Shown here in pieces: positions 43,601 through 46,333 of a DNA stretch of 46,333 nt. The DNA comes from Octopus bimaculoides (Eukaryota), in contig NC_068984.1 of assembly GCF_001194135.2 (NCBI RefSeq), positions 133,234,616-133,280,948 on the forward strand, read 5' to 3'. The translations under genes and the position numbers were made by a program. The notes under the pieces are model-generated. The model searched no databases. It had not been told where the DNA came from and saw nothing but the letters and a program-made list of their open reading frames with translations. Numbering within the stretch: the first letter of the stretch is position 1; the number at the start of each line of letters is the position of its first letter.

Positions 43601-44099
43601 CACGAAGTCCAAGAATTCGGACTCTAAGAGCTCAGAGAAACAAAAAGACAGTTTATGTGTCTGACAAATAGTGAGAAGAAAAATAAAATTTTTGAAAATG
43701 AAAATAAGCCAAAACCCAGATATATAAGTTGTGAGTGTAAATAGCAAAGTCTAATAGAAGTCATAATAGAAATGGAACAGTAATTTCAACCAAAATGTTT
43801 GAAGATTTTTCAATCATTTTACATTCAACATAATTTCATCAAATAAAAGAAAATTCTTTTTTTTTTTTCAAAAGGACAAAAAAACAATTTTTTCTGAGGT
43901 CAGCAGTAATTGTAAATGTTTGCTTTGTCTCTTCCTCCTCTTCACATTAAGTAAAGAATTGAAGATTAAAAACTAAAGACAGACAAGACAGGGAGAAGGA
44001 AAAAGTGTTTTTGTATTTTAAACTATTTCCTCCAGTTACTTAGTTGAGTACAATACTATAAAACATGTTAAACACAAGAAATGAGATGTGATGTGTGTA

Positions 44100-44147
<48 letters not shown>

Positions 44148-45742
44148 GCAGGTACACATAAAAAAAAATCAATCAATATTTCCTTTCACATAATCGATAA
44201 AGTATGTTAGATTGGATGGCTGAAATATTCAGCCATAATTTTTTGGAACATAAATAGATAATCTATTTTAATTACACTAAAACATGAAAAATAAACGGCA
44301 ACAGCAGTGATGCTGGTAATGTGTGACAGTAACTGATAATGCTAGTGATGAAGATGATGATGATGATGATGATTGTAATGATGATAATGATATGATGACA
44401 ATGATGTTAATGATGACAACAACAATAATGCTGATATGTCCTTCAATGATTTGATGCTGGTTACAACACACTCCAGTGTCCCTAGTCGAGTGATTTCCTT
44501 CCAATGGATTCCATAAAAAGACATTGGAGAAATTAAACACAATAAAGCTATAACCGTGCTATTTACTGTATCTCTTATACAGTTACATGGTGATGTACTG
44601 AATAATGTATGTTAAAAATTCTTATTGAATTGAAATTTGCCTCTTAGTTGAAGAAGGAAAACAAACGCCTGGTGATAATTGTTAGTTTAAAAAATAAAAA
44701 AAAAGTGGGGGGGGGGGAGATAATTTAAAGAAATAAGGTTAATATCTGTATTATTTGTGGTATATCACTTGAATATAGAAATTCATTCATTTTCTGTTTC
44801 TTTGCCATATCATCTGGAAATAGAATGTTTATTGCAGAAATTGTTACTAGAATTTTTGTTTCCTTATTGAGGTACAAAAAAACATATTTTCTGGAAAGTA
44901 AAAGTTTTGACAACTAAGAGTTAAAACAATTAGATTAGCACTATGTTATGTCTTTAAAGTATGTCATTTTTTTGGTAATAAACAAAAAGCACATATCATT
45001 TCCCAGTATGTGAAAATAACTGAAGCAGGTATGCAGAATATGTGGAGCGCAAAATAAAATGCTGTTTTAGCCCTCTTAATGATGTTTCTGACAATCAAAA
45101 CTTAACATCTGAATATGTGTAGTTATGTAGGCATGTCTGGATGTTGTTAGTAGATTAGCAATTGTGCTTCAGTGCCGTTTATTGGCTATTTGTCAATCAG
45201 TAAAACAATCATATAAACTAGTTAGCATAGAGAATGATAAAAAATTTTTTTTTTAAAAACCCAAAACAATCAACTCTGCAGCACACATTAACAGAATTGA
45301 CCAAATTTTGAAAAATTGGGCAGTGGGGTATCAAGTGTAAGATTGAAATTATGGGAAAATGAAAATTTGTTAGGAGCAAATAAAGTTGGAATGAGATAAT
45401 ATATATTTTCCTCAATAAAGAACATTATTCTCCAGCTGCTGCAATGTCAGATAATTCAGAGACATTGATACAAATGAATGAATTCGAAGTTTATATCAAT
45501 ACATCACGAAAATTAAGTATTACTTGGTTGCCGGTGTGTGTTTAAAGAATCGCGGACTATTTGAAATTCAACTCCAGCATCGACATCAAATTACTGACAT
45601 AGTTGCTATATATAAGTTGAGGAATGAAATATTTTATTTCAAGCTATTGTTCAAATATGAACTAATTTACTGTATTGTCAAGAAATTTTTTTTTAGATGT
45701 TGTCATCATCACCAATATTGAATTATGTGTGTGTGTGTGTGC

Positions 45743-45785
<43 letters not shown>

Positions 45786-45899
45786 TATATATTAATGTTT
45801 GTCTTTATGTTCAGTTATAATACAAACAATTTTATGTTAATGTAATGGGTTTACTTTATACTTTTGTAGAGTACAAATTTATTACTCTTATGCAAAAAC

Positions 45900-45990
45900 G
45901 TTGTTAACTGTGACTTCAAATTTTTGGCTAGCTAAGCCATTGTCGGACAATGGCTTAGCTGGTCGAAACTTCAAAATCACAGTCAACAAC
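45900..45990. repeat. 91-bp imperfect palindrome (45-bp arms, 1-nt spacer)
   Basis: Arms 45900-45944 and 45946-45990 are complementary at 37 of 45 positions; the inner 15 bp are perfect. Confidence 0.9.
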
Positions 45991-46013
45991 ACTCTTGTAT
46001 AAGAATAATATAG

Positions 46014-46052
<39 letters not shown>

Positions 46053-46294
46053 TACTTTTTTACTGTTTTATATCCATTTCTCATGCTAGTATGGATGGGA
46101 TGTTTCGGAAGAAAACAGTAAAAAGAAATATATGTAAAACAAAACAGCTAGTCAAAGAGGTGATGGTATCAATTTTTTGATAGTATTAGTAGTTCATATC
46201 TATGGTAATATTAATGACATTTCTTAACAATGCTACTTTGAGAAAAACATTTTTACAACGACCTCAGTAACCACATCCGATATATATATGTATG

Positions 46295-46333
<39 letters not shown>

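Noticed and set aside
43498-43660. Possible terminal exon of a minus-strand neighbour (SPNSWTSCGAEVFVKIKLRV... or THKLSFCFSELLESEFLDFVWC*)
   Set aside because: No recognisable homology and no matching upstream exon could be linked.
45434-45540. Possible plus-strand first exon MSDNSETLIQMNEFEVYINTSRKL
   Set aside because: Short, weak donor and no recognisable motif.

Overview
Eukaryotic, AT-rich, microsatellite- and repeat-dense genomic DNA with five N-gaps. The repeat families look octopus/cephalopod-like, but this is pattern recognition and was not verified. The window holds two multi-exon genes arranged head-to-head, both reconstructed by hand with consistent exon phases. (1) Minus strand, 13236 to 307 and continuing off the left edge: a fused pseudouridine-5'-phosphate glycosidase (PsuG) / pseudouridine kinase (PsuK, PfkB family) gene, with 11 coding exons and 366 codons visible. 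(2) Plus strand, 17838-33537: a complete 13-exon, 623-aa AidB/ACDH-11-like acyl-CoA dehydrogenase. The introns and the apparently gene-free right quarter contain tRNA-derived SINEs, RTE, CR1/L2, RLE-type and Penelope-like retroelement remnants, and Tc1-, hAT- and TTAA-type MITEs. The most notable observations are a probable U12 (minor spliceosome) intron with non-canonical GT...TG ends in the PsuG-PsuK gene, a minimal type I hammerhead ribozyme motif in a Penelope-like remnant, a likely compact bidirectional promoter, and a 91-bp palindrome. I found no evidence strong enough to claim a wholly new biological system.
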